A stretch of DNA of 64,000 nt from an uncultured virus (IMG/VR IMGVR_UViG_3300032087_002549) (Duplodnaviria > Heunggongvirae > Uroviricota > Caudoviricetes > Crassvirales), in the IMG/VR virus record IMGVR_UViG_3300032087_002549; one strand, 5' to 3'. The translations under genes and the position numbers were made by a program. Under the pieces are notes generated by a model that was not told the origin of the DNA, ran no database searches, and saw only the letters and a program-made list of their open reading frames with translations. Below are positions 1-11,089 of the stretch, piece by piece; position 1 is the first letter of the stretch; each line of letters opens with the position of its first letter.

Positions 1-1058
1 TAATCAGACCACTGTTCACCTTCAAGTAAATTATTATGGCCTCCAAGTCCCCAACTATTTCTATGTAAATAGCTAAAGTCTTCATTACCTTGTACATATT
101 TGTGATAAGGTAATATCCAGCTACCATAAGCATGCAGCCAAAAATTATTTTTATAATGATAAAAATCAAAACCGACAACAGGAGCAACTTCAGCAAAAGG
201 ATCTAGCTCAGCCCAACGTTCTTGATTATATCTATTTAATAAACCAGGCATTACATCATCTCTAAATTGTCTATCTGTATACGCTACTGTAACACCTTCT
301 TCGTTTCTCCAAAACCAATCATAATAATAATCACCTGTTACCCAGTCTATCATTTGATAGTATATATCTTCATAGCCATACTCATAACCTAATTCATACC
401 AATAGTTAACTATACCACCGTTGTCATCTGTTTCATTTAACCATATTTCTACAGGATTATAACCATAAGGTCTTTGATGTGTTCTATATATTGCACCTGC
501 AGATATACTAAATTTCTTACCAATAGGTAACCTGGCTCTTAATTCACCAGACTGATACTCAAATCCTACATTACCAGACTCTCTTGATTCAAATTTAGCA
601 ATATGATAATTACCAGTGTGTCTAATAAATAATCTCTTATTTTTAAACTCATCACCGTTGTGTCTTTGTTTTTCCCAATGTAACATGTATTCTAAACCTT
701 GCACTGCAGCTGAAGGAGCTGATAATGCTACATTACTTTCTTTGCCATTATAAAAGTTTTGACCTTTTATTTCATAATCAAATCTAGCTAGCTTCCTAAT
801 ACCAATTCCGTATCTATAATCAAATGGATGATATATAGTTTGATCAACAACGTCTGGTATCGCGTATAAGTTTTCTGGATCTGTACGTATGAAGTATTTA
901 GGTTGTTCTTCTTTTGCATTACCTATGTTACCGGCAGCATAAAAAGTTCCGTACTTTAAAAAATCTTTATAAACTTCTTTAAAAAAGTTTTTCTTTTCTT
1001 CTTGAGCTATTGCATTAAAGCTTATAAATAATGCTAATATTGTTAAAATTTGTTTCAT
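1..1058 (-). CDS. Secreted/outer-membrane protein candidate (3' end beyond window)
   Basis: Not in ORF track. Hand translation from ATG at 1058 gives MKQILTILALFISFNAIAQEEKK (Sec-type signal peptide), then an aromatic/Gly-rich frame open to the window edge. Confidence 0.6.
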   Translation of the reverse strand, partial: MKQILTILALFISFNAIAQEEKKNFFKEVYKDFLKYGTFYAAGNIGNAKEEQPKYFIRTDPENLYAIPDVVDQTIYHPFDYRYGIGIRKLARFDYEIKGQNFYNGKESNVALSAPSAAVQGLEYMLHWEKQRHNGDEFKNKRLFIRHTGNYHIAKFESRESGNVGFEYQSGELRARLPIGKKFSISAGAIYRTHQRPYGYNPVEIWLNETDDNGGIVNYWYELGYEYGYEDIYYQMIDWVTGDYYYDWFWRNEEGVTVAYTDRQFRDDVMPGLLNRYNQERWAELDPFAEVAPVVGFDFYHYKNNFWLHAYGSWILPYHKYVQGNEDFSYLHRNSWGLGGHNNLLEGEQWSD

Positions 1059-1115
1059 CTGTAGTAAAGTTGTTATAGTTTAAGTAATCACTTGTTTTCG
1101 CTATACTTTTAATAG

Positions 1116-4100
1116 TTATTTTATTTTTCTTGGGTTTGTAAGCTGTCTTGATCTAACTTTATTTTTTTCCTTTAACCTTGGATCTGGTTTAGGTTTTTTA
1201 CTAGGCTCATCATCTTCTATACCTACTTGCCAAGTTCTCCAACCAAGAGCCACCGCCATACGTTGCCAAGCTTCATGTTCGTTGTTTAGCACTTCTCTTG
1301 TACTTTGTATTTTATAATATACTCTATCAGTAGGCACGTTAGTTGCAGCAGATATTAAGTTAGAACTAGCTTCAATAGCAGGGTTGTCTATATCAAGCCC
1401 CATCTGCATCATTTCTTTTTTATTAAATTTATAGGTTTGTAAAGCTGAATATGTTTTTCTAGCCTTACTGCCAATAGGTGGTGATATATTGAAAGCTTCA
1501 ACTAACACATAACCGTAATCAGCTCTATTTGAAGGTTTATCAGATTGCTTTTTAAATTCCATTATTGTGTTTTTCAACATGGCTACTATAGCACCTTTTA
1601 TACCCATACCTCTAAGTACTGAATCAGCCATACCATTTGCTATGTTGTTGTACTTTTCTTTTGCTTTTTCATCTTTCTCATCATCATCAAATGCTAGCGC
1701 AAAAATAGCATTTTGCATAGCGTTGAATACCAAGTTTTGCATACCTACGTAGTAAGTAACTCTTGACAACTGTATCATTCTACTTTTTGCTAAAGTATGA
1801 TAACCACCTGTAACAGGATCTTTAACTCTTCTACCTTTAGCAAAATCTAATATTTCTTTCTTAGAAAACCTGTTGTACTGCATTGTTACGTTTTGAAATG
1901 CTAGTATCACTCTACCTAATGGTCCAGCTTGTTGTTTAGATATAAGATCTGGTCTACCTGATTGCTGTGTTGTTTCTGCTATTACTTGAAAATCTAAAAA
2001 CGCTTGTTCTTCAGCAGCTTCTCTAGACATGTTTTTATTCTTCATGTATGCTTCTGTTCTATTTCTGTACATAGTAGAACCACCTAATGCAATTGCAAAA
2101 CTATCAGCCATTTGTGTAAATACAAAACCTTTTTGAAGTAACACCGCAATAGCTTTTCTTACTGGATCTTTATGACCCTTAACTTGCTCACTTATTTCTT
2201 GCCAGTTTACATCCTGCGTCATACCACCACGTCTTTGTTTTAAGAAGTCAGAATTAAATATCATGCCAAAATCTTCCCAAAACTGAGTTTGATTAGCAAA
2301 AGCTTTACCAGCTGCAAATATATTATTATCTGAATAATTTATAAAGTTTGTAAAAGATATTGTTTGCATAACAGCTGATCTAGTGTTAAGAAACATAATA
2401 GTACCAGTTGCGTTATTAATCCAGTCCATCCATTTGTTAACGGCTTTATTTTGACCAAATGTTCTATTGCTACCTTTTTCTATTCTATATATAAGATCTT
2501 CTAATGCTTCTCTAAAATCAGTACCGTATACAGCTTGTACTTTATTTAAGTTTTCAGGACTAAATATTTCATTTTTATTTTCTACAAACTCTTTTAAATA
2601 ATCAGATCTTTTACCTAATTGATTTATAGCTGTTAAATCTAAACCTATTGAGCTTGTTAACCAAATATCATCTGGCTTTACGTAACCTTCATCTAATTTA
2701 CTTATTGCGCTTATTTTATTAGCAAAAGCCTCCATGTCAGGATCACCTTTAACAATAGCTGTAAGTTTTTTAACATCTGTTTTAGATAAACCAGGTATTT
2801 CCATACCATTTTTATTCCATAAATAAACTCTTATAGCTGTGTCATAAGTAAATTTATTATAACCAGTATCGTTCCTTAACATCTTATGTATGCTAGGCAT
2901 TTCTTGTTTAAGAGCTTCGTAATCGTTTCTAATTTGTTGCTTAGCTCGATTTATAGCATCAATACCTCTAGTTATAGGTTTTAATAATGTTTCTTCAAAA
3001 AACTCTTTATGAGCTTCACCTTGCTTTCCCTTGCCTGCAAACTGTAATAATAAACCTCCAAAATCTTCTGCTGATGGCTCTATAAATATATTCCAATTAC
3101 CAGTACCATCACCTCTTGCTTTACCAGCCGCGTCTGAGTATGTTGTCTCAGCTCTTATGCCTTTTGTTTCTTCTAGTATCTCGTTAAATCTTTGGCTTTT
3201 CTTACCACGCTTACTGTATACAACATCTTCTCTAGCTTGTTGTATATCTGATTTAACATCTACAATGTCTAGTACATCTTTAACAGCTTTAACGTTTTTA
3301 ATAGCGTCATCAGCAAAGTAAAAATCATTATAACCATCAGCTGCTTTAGCTATCATAAAATCAGCTTTTGCCTCAGGCGTACCATTTTCTAAACCTGTTA
3401 TATTTTCTAAAGGTATATCAACACCATTGTCTGATAAAAACTTTTTAATAGCTGGAGCTGCTGCCTGTGGTCTTGCTGTTAATATAAAAACATCTTTGTT
3501 ACCAAACTTCTCTACACGCTTTTTAATAACATCAAACAAAGGACCTTTTTGACCTTTTTTTACTTCGTTAAATTCTGAAAAATCAAATATAGCTCCTTGT
3601 TCTTCTAAAGCAGCAGACTGTAGAGCAAACTGTGTTGCGTCTATTTTTATAAATTTACCGTCTTTTGTAGTTACACCAATCATGCTTTTTGTTTTAGCAA
3701 TGGTGTCATCAAAGTCCATAACAGTTATACCTTTTTTAGGAGCGTCTGTTCTTCTTGCCATTTCAATAGCTTTATCTATTAAAGCTTCTTTACTACGTTT
3801 GCTATACACAAAGTTGTTCGAGCCAACGGTACCACCGTTTTCAAGATCATGTAACTCCATAAAGCTCATTACTTCTTTGTATCTAGTATCTAACGGATCT
3901 TTACCAAACTCATGTCTAACACCCATGTTGCTTTGCTGGCCTCTATCTTTTATTATATCATCTATAGCTTTAGGTATAATAGCACCTTTGTAGTTTTTTA
4001 ACTCAGCATCTAAATTTTTCTTTGATTTTGCTGATCCTGAAATAATATATTCATATGCTAAATTAGCCACTACGTTAGCAGGTATCATATGCTCAAATAC

Positions 4101-7100
4101 AAAAACGTCATTAGGGTCAATACCTAGTAACTTAGACATAACATCTTTACGAACAGTTGGTATTAATGTAAGTTCAGCAGCTTTTCTACCTAAACCACCT
4201 GTGTCTTGAAATAAAGCTTCTATATGAACCCTCATCTGTTTGTTAGTTATATAACCGTATTGATTTAATATTCTATATGTTTCAATAGTATCTTTTAATA
4301 TTTGTTTATATTTTAAACCTTCGGTTCTAATACCATTATAATCGCTTGGATTTATGTTTTGATTTGTGTCTTTTAAATAAGGATCTTTTTTACCTAACGT
4401 TACACCTTTGTTTTGCGTAACTTTAAATTCACCAACATTTTTATTAAAGTCGTTTATACTTCTAAACGTAGATGTTCTTGAGCCTTTAGGATGTGGCTTA
4501 ACTTCACTTTGTTTTATTCTTATTCCAGCAGGATCTTTAGTTAATATAAAACCACCAATAGAATCAGGTTGCCATGAGTGATTTATTACTATGCTTAAGT
4601 TAGCGGGATCTAATGGTAAAGGAATTTTTGTATCACCATCCATTATAAAACCTTGCTCTACAGCATCTTTAAAATCTTTATAACCTAATCTAGCATTGTT
4701 TATTAAATTTATATCTGATTTATCAAAACCATTGTTACCGTCTAAACCACCATATTTTATAGAAATAACATCTCTATTTAAATCATGATTTGCTAATAAA
4801 TAATTAGCTGTTTTTTCAGCTATATTCTTAACGTCTAAATTGTGTGCAAAATTTGTTTTTATAAACTTAGGAACAAACTCGTTACCTATTGCGGTTAATT
4901 CACCTATTTTAACAGTTGTTATTTTACCTTCATCTTTTGCTTTACGTAAATGATGTTGTAGTATCCTATGTATACCGTTAAACTTAGAGCCAGCAGGTTC
5001 AGAAGCATACATCTTTAAATCATCTATAAAATCTTTGCTTATTAATATTTTTCTTATTTCGTTGTAATCTTTTACAGCTTCAGGATCAGTACTTTGTGAT
5101 AATTTAGCAGCTCTTTTACTAAACACAAGGTCAACAGGTCTCTGTACTACTTTAGCCATAGCTTGTACGGCTGATTCGTTTTGCATAGTACCTTTGTTTA
5201 AACCTTTTTCATCTCTTTTCAATAAAACATCAGGATCACCCATGACCTGCAGAGTAGCATCGTTTGCAAGCTCTATAGCTAATGCTTGACCTAATGATTC
5301 TTTTCTTGCTCTACCTTCAAAATATTTTACAAAAGCATCAGTATCTATATTATCTTTTACAAATAAAGCGTTACCAGCATTTAAATTCTTAATATTTAAA
5401 TTAAGTTTAGACTGCTTTCTGGTTTGTCTATCAACAACCTTTGTAGTTAAATCTTTAAATCTTTTATTAATAACATCTTGTGAAAGCTTAGACCATATTC
5501 TTTTTTTATTCTTTCCTAACCAAGCTTTGTAGTCATCTACGTTTTTAGGTATTAAACCTTCAGATATTAATATTTTTCTTATTTCTTTTTGAAATATTTC
5601 ATTTAAATCTTTTCTAAGGTTTTTATTGTTAAAGTCAAGCACTACTTCTTTACCGCTTCTTTTAACAAGTTTTTTTCTAGTAATAATATCTTTTACTTTG
5701 TTTATTATTTTTTCATACTGAGGACTACCAGTTTCTATTTGAAAAGCGCCTTCTCTTATATTTACAAACTCAGTATCTACCTGTACAGTTTCTTCACTAG
5801 TATCAACTTCTTGACCTGTAGTTTCTGAAGCAAAAGTATCTTGTATACCCATACGTTTTGCTAAACTTTGTGATCTTTGTACCATTAACTGTGTTAGCCA
5901 ACTATCTAAACTTTGGCTTCTTTGTTTTGATGGATCCCATTCATTTTGTAATATAGCTGCTGCTTCCATTACCATTTGATCCTTAAACATTTGTCTAGCT
6001 TTAAATCTATCTTCGTTTAATACTCTTGTTAAATCTTGTGGTATCTTGTCAAATAATCTTTGTGTTTGATTTTCTACAACACCACCTATTTCTTGACCAA
6101 AATCGCTTTCAGTAAAAGGTACAGTCATACCATCAACAACTCTACCATCAGGTGTACTAGACAACGTCTGGTTTAACATCGATCTAGCGTTACCGTTAAA
6201 CTCTGACTCAAGTCTTGGTTGTAGTCTAGAACTAAGCGCTATATCACCACCTTTAGCTGGAGTAACACCTTTTAAACTACTTGTTAATTTATCTGTAAGC
6301 TTACCTTTTTTATTTGATTTAGCATATTCTACCACAAAGTTCTTTAGTCCTTCAGTAGTTCCAAAATCTATTTCACCTTTAATACCACCTGTGTTAAATA
6401 ATTTTTTAAAGAAATTTAAAGCAGTATTAGGATTATTTTCAATATCTATTTCGCCTTCCAAAACACCTTCACCAAACAAAGCCATATACTCGTCTGGGTT
6501 TTTTTCCATATACGCAGGCGTATAAGTCTGTGGTTCATCTTTTATCCTGCTTTGAACATAACCATTAGTATCATACTTATTAACCATGTTTTTTATAGTC
6601 ATAGCATCTATTTTACCTGATGCTATCATAGCCTTTGTTAATGGGTGTAAAAACTCGTGCTGTGCTGTAGTAACTATACCTTTTTTATCAGAGTCTCTAT
6701 TAACAAATAAAGTATTAGTTTCAGGATCAAAAACTCCATCACCAATTTCTTTTTTATCATAACCTTTAGCAATTAACTCTTCAGTAGTTGTGCCCTCTAC
6801 AGTAGTGTCTTTATTTATAACACCAGCAGCCATAAGTTGTTTAGACGCTTTTTCAACAAAATCAATACCAAGTATGTTTTCTGTATCAATATTAAGTAAA
6901 GCAGCTTGTTTTTTAAGCTTTTCTATTAAAACATCATTTGGGACGTCTCTTTTTTGTTCGGTGTTAATTCTTCTTACTAGATCATCTTTCTTCAACATGT
7001 TGTTGAATATCTTGTTTTTGTCTTTTGCTTTTAAGTCAGGGTTTAATCTAAATGTTCTGCCAGCTGCTTCTAGTGATTCTAAGTAATCCATCTCAGCTTT

Positions 7101-8984
7101 ATAGTTGTCTGAGTTTAAATTACCATTATTATATCTTTTTTGTATTTCAGCTCTTATACTACCAAAAAATTCATTTGACACAGCATAGTTATTAGATATA
7201 TCAAATTTAGTAGAAAAGTTTCTTGCTGCTTGCCTTAACTCTATTATACTTTGTTTACCAATACCGCCTATACCAGGTAACATAGCACCAACTATATAAC
7301 CTCCAGCACCAGCTTGAAACAATTGATCAGCTTTTACATACCTATTATTTAAAAAAGTACCAGATTCATCGTTTTTATCACTCATAAACTGTGATAAACC
7401 TAATACTGTTTCTTGACCTACTTCAGTGCCAAGCTCAATTAAACCGCTAAAGTTCATGTTTTTACCTTGTTGAACAGCGCTTTTAGCAACTCTGTTATAA
7501 TGACCTTTTAATAAAGATCCAAAAACTTGCTTTACATCATCTCCAACACCCATAGCTTTACCAACACCTTTCATTACTCTACTAGCACCTATTCTTTCTA
7601 AATAACCAGCAGCAACTGCTCCAGCAGCTACATAAAACTCGTTTACGTTTTCTTCTTCTTCTTTTGCAAATTTAATATAGTCTTTAGCTGTAAGATCTTC
7701 AACTGGTATTTTATACTTATCAGACATTTGATTAGCTAGTATATCTCTTCTAGCTTGACCATACATTGTTGCTGATACCAAAGGTATACCAACATAAGGA
7801 ACAACCGCCATGCCCATATAAGGTAATGATTGACCTAATGTTCTAAAAGCCTCACCAAAACTAACTCCATCTGAAAAATCAGTTGGATTAAATAATTGCA
7901 AATCATCTTGTCTTTTTAAATAAGGTAAAAGTGTTTTTTCGAACTTTTCCGTAGCTTTTTTAATTTTCTCTTCTTGAAACTTAATGTTTTCAGCTACAGT
8001 ACCTGTTTGTTTTTCTATTTTTGGTTTATCAAATTCAGTTTCTTTTGGGACGATATTTGTTATCCAAATAGATTCATCTTCAGGGTTTAATTTTCCTAAT
8101 CTTTCTAGTTCCCTAGAAGCTTCTTGTATTCCTTTCTGCTGCATTTGCAACTCAACACCTGAAAAGCCTTGAGCAGCATTCATTGACCCTTGGTATATAC
8201 CTTCACCTAAATCACTTATTATAGGTATATCAACATCAATTGCTCTAAAAATAGCATCTTTGTTTCTACCTAGTTTTCTAGATACATCTGTACTATATTT
8301 ATTAGCAACACTCACATATGCTTGTAGTCGTTTTTGTACGTCTACATCGTCGTTAAAACCTGCGTACAACTCTTTATATTCTTCTTGAAACTTTTTATCT
8401 AGTTCTGCTAGATTAAATTCATTTTCAAAAGATAATTCTGATGTTGATGATTCTTTAGCTAATTTAGAATATTTATCTTTTAGCGCATCTATTTGTGGTT
8501 GGATTAAAGCTGTATACTGCTTGTTTTTAGCTTTTATAAAAGGATCATTAGCAATATACTGAGACTGTATGTTATTAAAAACGTCGTTTAGTACTTCGTC
8601 TGTATCTACTTGTCTTGCTTCTTCTTTTGTTTTACCTTTTAAATATTTATCTACTACTTTTTCATCTAATGTTTTAGAAAGCTCAGTGTAAAAATCTGAA
8701 GGTACGTCTTCTGTAATAGTATCAATAGTACCAAATTCATCTCCTCTAGGTACTTTTCTATCCTTTTTTACAGTTGTTGCTAGTGATGGATAATCCGATA
8801 AAGATATCTCCGAAGTTAAGCCCGTATCTTCTGGTGCTGTTATGTCCGGCGCCGCGTTCGCACCCACAGTCGTGGCACCTGTTATCTTTCCCAAATTAAC
8901 GTCGTATTCTTCTAATAGTTCATTAATTATTTCCTCATCGTAGCCTTTATCTACAAGAAGTTGTTTATATTCCTCTCTGTTCAT
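1116..8984 (-). CDS. Giant multidomain (polyvalent) internal virion/ejected protein with zincin HExxH and HAD-like domains
   Basis: 2622 aa. HEFLH...PDEYMA motif, HAD motifs DFDDT/ILTARP/FADD, and position after tail and ejection-type genes. Confidence 0.65.
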   Translation of the reverse strand: MNREEYKQLLVDKGYDEEIINELLEEYDVNLGKITGATTVGANAAPDITAPEDTGLTSEISLSDYPSLATTVKKDRKVPRGDEFGTIDTITEDVPSDFYTELSKTLDEKVVDKYLKGKTKEEARQVDTDEVLNDVFNNIQSQYIANDPFIKAKNKQYTALIQPQIDALKDKYSKLAKESSTSELSFENEFNLAELDKKFQEEYKELYAGFNDDVDVQKRLQAYVSVANKYSTDVSRKLGRNKDAIFRAIDVDIPIISDLGEGIYQGSMNAAQGFSGVELQMQQKGIQEASRELERLGKLNPEDESIWITNIVPKETEFDKPKIEKQTGTVAENIKFQEEKIKKATEKFEKTLLPYLKRQDDLQLFNPTDFSDGVSFGEAFRTLGQSLPYMGMAVVPYVGIPLVSATMYGQARRDILANQMSDKYKIPVEDLTAKDYIKFAKEEEENVNEFYVAAGAVAAGYLERIGASRVMKGVGKAMGVGDDVKQVFGSLLKGHYNRVAKSAVQQGKNMNFSGLIELGTEVGQETVLGLSQFMSDKNDESGTFLNNRYVKADQLFQAGAGGYIVGAMLPGIGGIGKQSIIELRQAARNFSTKFDISNNYAVSNEFFGSIRAEIQKRYNNGNLNSDNYKAEMDYLESLEAAGRTFRLNPDLKAKDKNKIFNNMLKKDDLVRRINTEQKRDVPNDVLIEKLKKQAALLNIDTENILGIDFVEKASKQLMAAGVINKDTTVEGTTTEELIAKGYDKKEIGDGVFDPETNTLFVNRDSDKKGIVTTAQHEFLHPLTKAMIASGKIDAMTIKNMVNKYDTNGYVQSRIKDEPQTYTPAYMEKNPDEYMALFGEGVLEGEIDIENNPNTALNFFKKLFNTGGIKGEIDFGTTEGLKNFVVEYAKSNKKGKLTDKLTSSLKGVTPAKGGDIALSSRLQPRLESEFNGNARSMLNQTLSSTPDGRVVDGMTVPFTESDFGQEIGGVVENQTQRLFDKIPQDLTRVLNEDRFKARQMFKDQMVMEAAAILQNEWDPSKQRSQSLDSWLTQLMVQRSQSLAKRMGIQDTFASETTGQEVDTSEETVQVDTEFVNIREGAFQIETGSPQYEKIINKVKDIITRKKLVKRSGKEVVLDFNNKNLRKDLNEIFQKEIRKILISEGLIPKNVDDYKAWLGKNKKRIWSKLSQDVINKRFKDLTTKVVDRQTRKQSKLNLNIKNLNAGNALFVKDNIDTDAFVKYFEGRARKESLGQALAIELANDATLQVMGDPDVLLKRDEKGLNKGTMQNESAVQAMAKVVQRPVDLVFSKRAAKLSQSTDPEAVKDYNEIRKILISKDFIDDLKMYASEPAGSKFNGIHRILQHHLRKAKDEGKITTVKIGELTAIGNEFVPKFIKTNFAHNLDVKNIAEKTANYLLANHDLNRDVISIKYGGLDGNNGFDKSDINLINNARLGYKDFKDAVEQGFIMDGDTKIPLPLDPANLSIVINHSWQPDSIGGFILTKDPAGIRIKQSEVKPHPKGSRTSTFRSINDFNKNVGEFKVTQNKGVTLGKKDPYLKDTNQNINPSDYNGIRTEGLKYKQILKDTIETYRILNQYGYITNKQMRVHIEALFQDTGGLGRKAAELTLIPTVRKDVMSKLLGIDPNDVFVFEHMIPANVVANLAYEYIISGSAKSKKNLDAELKNYKGAIIPKAIDDIIKDRGQQSNMGVRHEFGKDPLDTRYKEVMSFMELHDLENGGTVGSNNFVYSKRSKEALIDKAIEMARRTDAPKKGITVMDFDDTIAKTKSMIGVTTKDGKFIKIDATQFALQSAALEEQGAIFDFSEFNEVKKGQKGPLFDVIKKRVEKFGNKDVFILTARPQAAAPAIKKFLSDNGVDIPLENITGLENGTPEAKADFMIAKAADGYNDFYFADDAIKNVKAVKDVLDIVDVKSDIQQAREDVVYSKRGKKSQRFNEILEETKGIRAETTYSDAAGKARGDGTGNWNIFIEPSAEDFGGLLLQFAGKGKQGEAHKEFFEETLLKPITRGIDAINRAKQQIRNDYEALKQEMPSIHKMLRNDTGYNKFTYDTAIRVYLWNKNGMEIPGLSKTDVKKLTAIVKGDPDMEAFANKISAISKLDEGYVKPDDIWLTSSIGLDLTAINQLGKRSDYLKEFVENKNEIFSPENLNKVQAVYGTDFREALEDLIYRIEKGSNRTFGQNKAVNKWMDWINNATGTIMFLNTRSAVMQTISFTNFINYSDNNIFAAGKAFANQTQFWEDFGMIFNSDFLKQRRGGMTQDVNWQEISEQVKGHKDPVRKAIAVLLQKGFVFTQMADSFAIALGGSTMYRNRTEAYMKNKNMSREAAEEQAFLDFQVIAETTQQSGRPDLISKQQAGPLGRVILAFQNVTMQYNRFSKKEILDFAKGRRVKDPVTGGYHTLAKSRMIQLSRVTYYVGMQNLVFNAMQNAIFALAFDDDEKDEKAKEKYNNIANGMADSVLRGMGIKGAIVAMLKNTIMEFKKQSDKPSNRADYGYVLVEAFNISPPIGSKARKTYSALQTYKFNKKEMMQMGLDIDNPAIEASSNLISAATNVPTDRVYYKIQSTREVLNNEHEAWQRMAVALGWRTWQVGIEDDEPSKKPKPDPRLKEKNKVRSRQLTNPRKIK

Positions 8985-8993
8985 GATTTAATA

Positions 8994-11075
8994 TTATAAG
9001 TTTTTTGTTTCTAACTCTACCATAAGAGCTTTAACTGTCATAGTTCGACCTCCGTATTCAACGTATTGATCTTTAAGTCTATTAAATAAATCTTTACTTG
9101 CTGTTGCTGCATTATCCATAGCACGTATGAAGTATTTAGGATCTTGTTTTGCTACCATACTAACATACTTATGCATTGATCCTTGATCACCAAATGGGTT
9201 ATCTGATGTAGGTTTGTGCACATCGCCAGCTTCTGTACCTGTATCTAGTAAATGTCTATATAAATTAGTTTTTGCGTATTCCATAACAAAGACTTGAGCA
9301 TCGTTTCTGTAGTTTTGAGCATCTTTTCCTGTTTTGCTAACTTCAACTCCTCTTCTAACGTAAAGCTTTTCAAAATCAGTAGGATTAGATAAATCAAGAA
9401 TATCAGTTTTTTCAGGTAAATCTCCGTAAGTATCTTCATATGTACCATCTTCTTTTTGTACTTGGTACTTTATACCTCTTTTTTGATCATATCCAAACGT
9501 TAACTGTTTACTCATTGGATCGTAGTTAACTTCATCTATAAATCTAACACCATCTTTGGTATCAACTTTAGTTCCTTTAAATTTATTTACAGCATCGTCA
9601 TATTTACCTTCTTCAACATCGTAGTAATCATAATTACTATCAACTAACGAAGGTACTTTAGGTCCTTCCCAATCATCACCAGCTTCTATTTTTTCTATAG
9701 CCATTTCACCCACAAAAGAACCTATTTCATTTGCTACCCTCGCGCCATAATTTAATCCTGTAGCTCTATTTTTTTCATCGGCTGTTGCTTTTTTTACTTC
9801 TGGTGTATCAGGTTCAACTATTTCATCTGCTTTTCTATACTTACTTGTTAAACCTTGCGCATACAGATCAAGATATATTTTTTCAGAAACCATATTGTCT
9901 TTAACATTATTTAAAGCTTCAATTGTTGTTTGTACATTTTCACCTTTAAGGCCTAGCTTTTTTAACAACGATACATTTAAACTAGTGTCGTTATGTTTTG
10001 TTTCTAGTAAATCAGCTATTATCTCTCTTTTTTCAAATATACCATTTTCACCAGTATCACCTTCTGCTAAATCAACTAATGTTTTAAGCAACGGGTTGTC
10101 TTCACTAGCTTCAGTAAGCATACTATATCTTTTTGAATAACCAAAGTTTACACTGTTGTTAAATATATCTGTAATCATACTTTCACCACCTGGTATACCT
10201 TTAGCAGAAGTCTTAACAACATTTACATATTCATCTACACTGCTTTTTAAATATTTTTCAGGTGTTACAGCAAAACCATCTACATCTTTAGCTGGTACTT
10301 TACCTTCAGCAAAAATTTCATCTGCTCTAGTTTCAAAATCACCTTGAATACTTTTAATTACACCTTTTTCACCACTGTAAGCCTCTTTGTATCTTTCTAA
10401 GTCAGCTGGATTATTATTACCTATGTATGAGGCTAATAACTTAGAATCAACATCGATATATTTTTTATCTGGTGGATCGCCATTACGCCACTTTGGATTT
10501 TCTATTTTGATATTCATATCAAAATCATTATTACCTTTGTTTTGAAATTCAAATTGTTTAGCTATTTCTGGATTTTTACTTTGAAAACCATTTCTAGCAG
10601 CTTTAATAACAGCTGCGTATTCTAAGTATGTTTCTGAACTTTTATTTAAACCACCTTTTTCATCTAATTCAGGTAACACTTGAAATAAAGCATTTAATGG
10701 TTGTGCTGCAGCTGAAAAATTTTGCGCAGCTAAATCTAAATCTACATCTGATCTTCTTTCTTGATTAAGGTTTTTAGCAAAAAACCCTGCGCTTTTTTTA
10801 CCACCAAAATCAACTTTTGTAGCGCCACTATAAAACTCATTAACACTTTTTAATATTTCTGCTTGAGTATCAGCTTGTAAACCTTTTAAACCAGCAATAT
10901 CTTGCTTCATTAAGTCAGATCTTACCTGAACATCTGATTCGTATTCTTCTTGTTCTTTTTCTATATTACTATAATACTCTAAAGCACCCTTCATGCCTTC
11001 TCTAAAAGCAGTTTGAAAACTTCTATTTATTAACGTGTAATCTTCTTTAAAAAATCTTGGATTTCTATAACTCAT
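8994..11075 (-). CDS. Probable internal virion/ejection protein
   Basis: 693 aa, N-terminal helical segment, lies between the small ejection-type gene and the giant protein. Confidence 0.45.
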   Translation of the reverse strand: MSYRNPRFFKEDYTLINRSFQTAFREGMKGALEYYSNIEKEQEEYESDVQVRSDLMKQDIAGLKGLQADTQAEILKSVNEFYSGATKVDFGGKKSAGFFAKNLNQERRSDVDLDLAAQNFSAAAQPLNALFQVLPELDEKGGLNKSSETYLEYAAVIKAARNGFQSKNPEIAKQFEFQNKGNNDFDMNIKIENPKWRNGDPPDKKYIDVDSKLLASYIGNNNPADLERYKEAYSGEKGVIKSIQGDFETRADEIFAEGKVPAKDVDGFAVTPEKYLKSSVDEYVNVVKTSAKGIPGGESMITDIFNNSVNFGYSKRYSMLTEASEDNPLLKTLVDLAEGDTGENGIFEKREIIADLLETKHNDTSLNVSLLKKLGLKGENVQTTIEALNNVKDNMVSEKIYLDLYAQGLTSKYRKADEIVEPDTPEVKKATADEKNRATGLNYGARVANEIGSFVGEMAIEKIEAGDDWEGPKVPSLVDSNYDYYDVEEGKYDDAVNKFKGTKVDTKDGVRFIDEVNYDPMSKQLTFGYDQKRGIKYQVQKEDGTYEDTYGDLPEKTDILDLSNPTDFEKLYVRRGVEVSKTGKDAQNYRNDAQVFVMEYAKTNLYRHLLDTGTEAGDVHKPTSDNPFGDQGSMHKYVSMVAKQDPKYFIRAMDNAATASKDLFNRLKDQYVEYGGRTMTVKALMVELETKNL

Positions 11076-11089
11076 AATTTTATTTTCTT

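Noticed and set aside
3700..3735. DFDD in the giant protein as a crAss-type virion RNA polymerase DxDxD site
   Set aside because: The motif is DFDDT after a hydrophobic strand with downstream TAR and DD, which fits a HAD domain. I found no convincing RNAP motif, though a divergent one cannot be excluded by eye.
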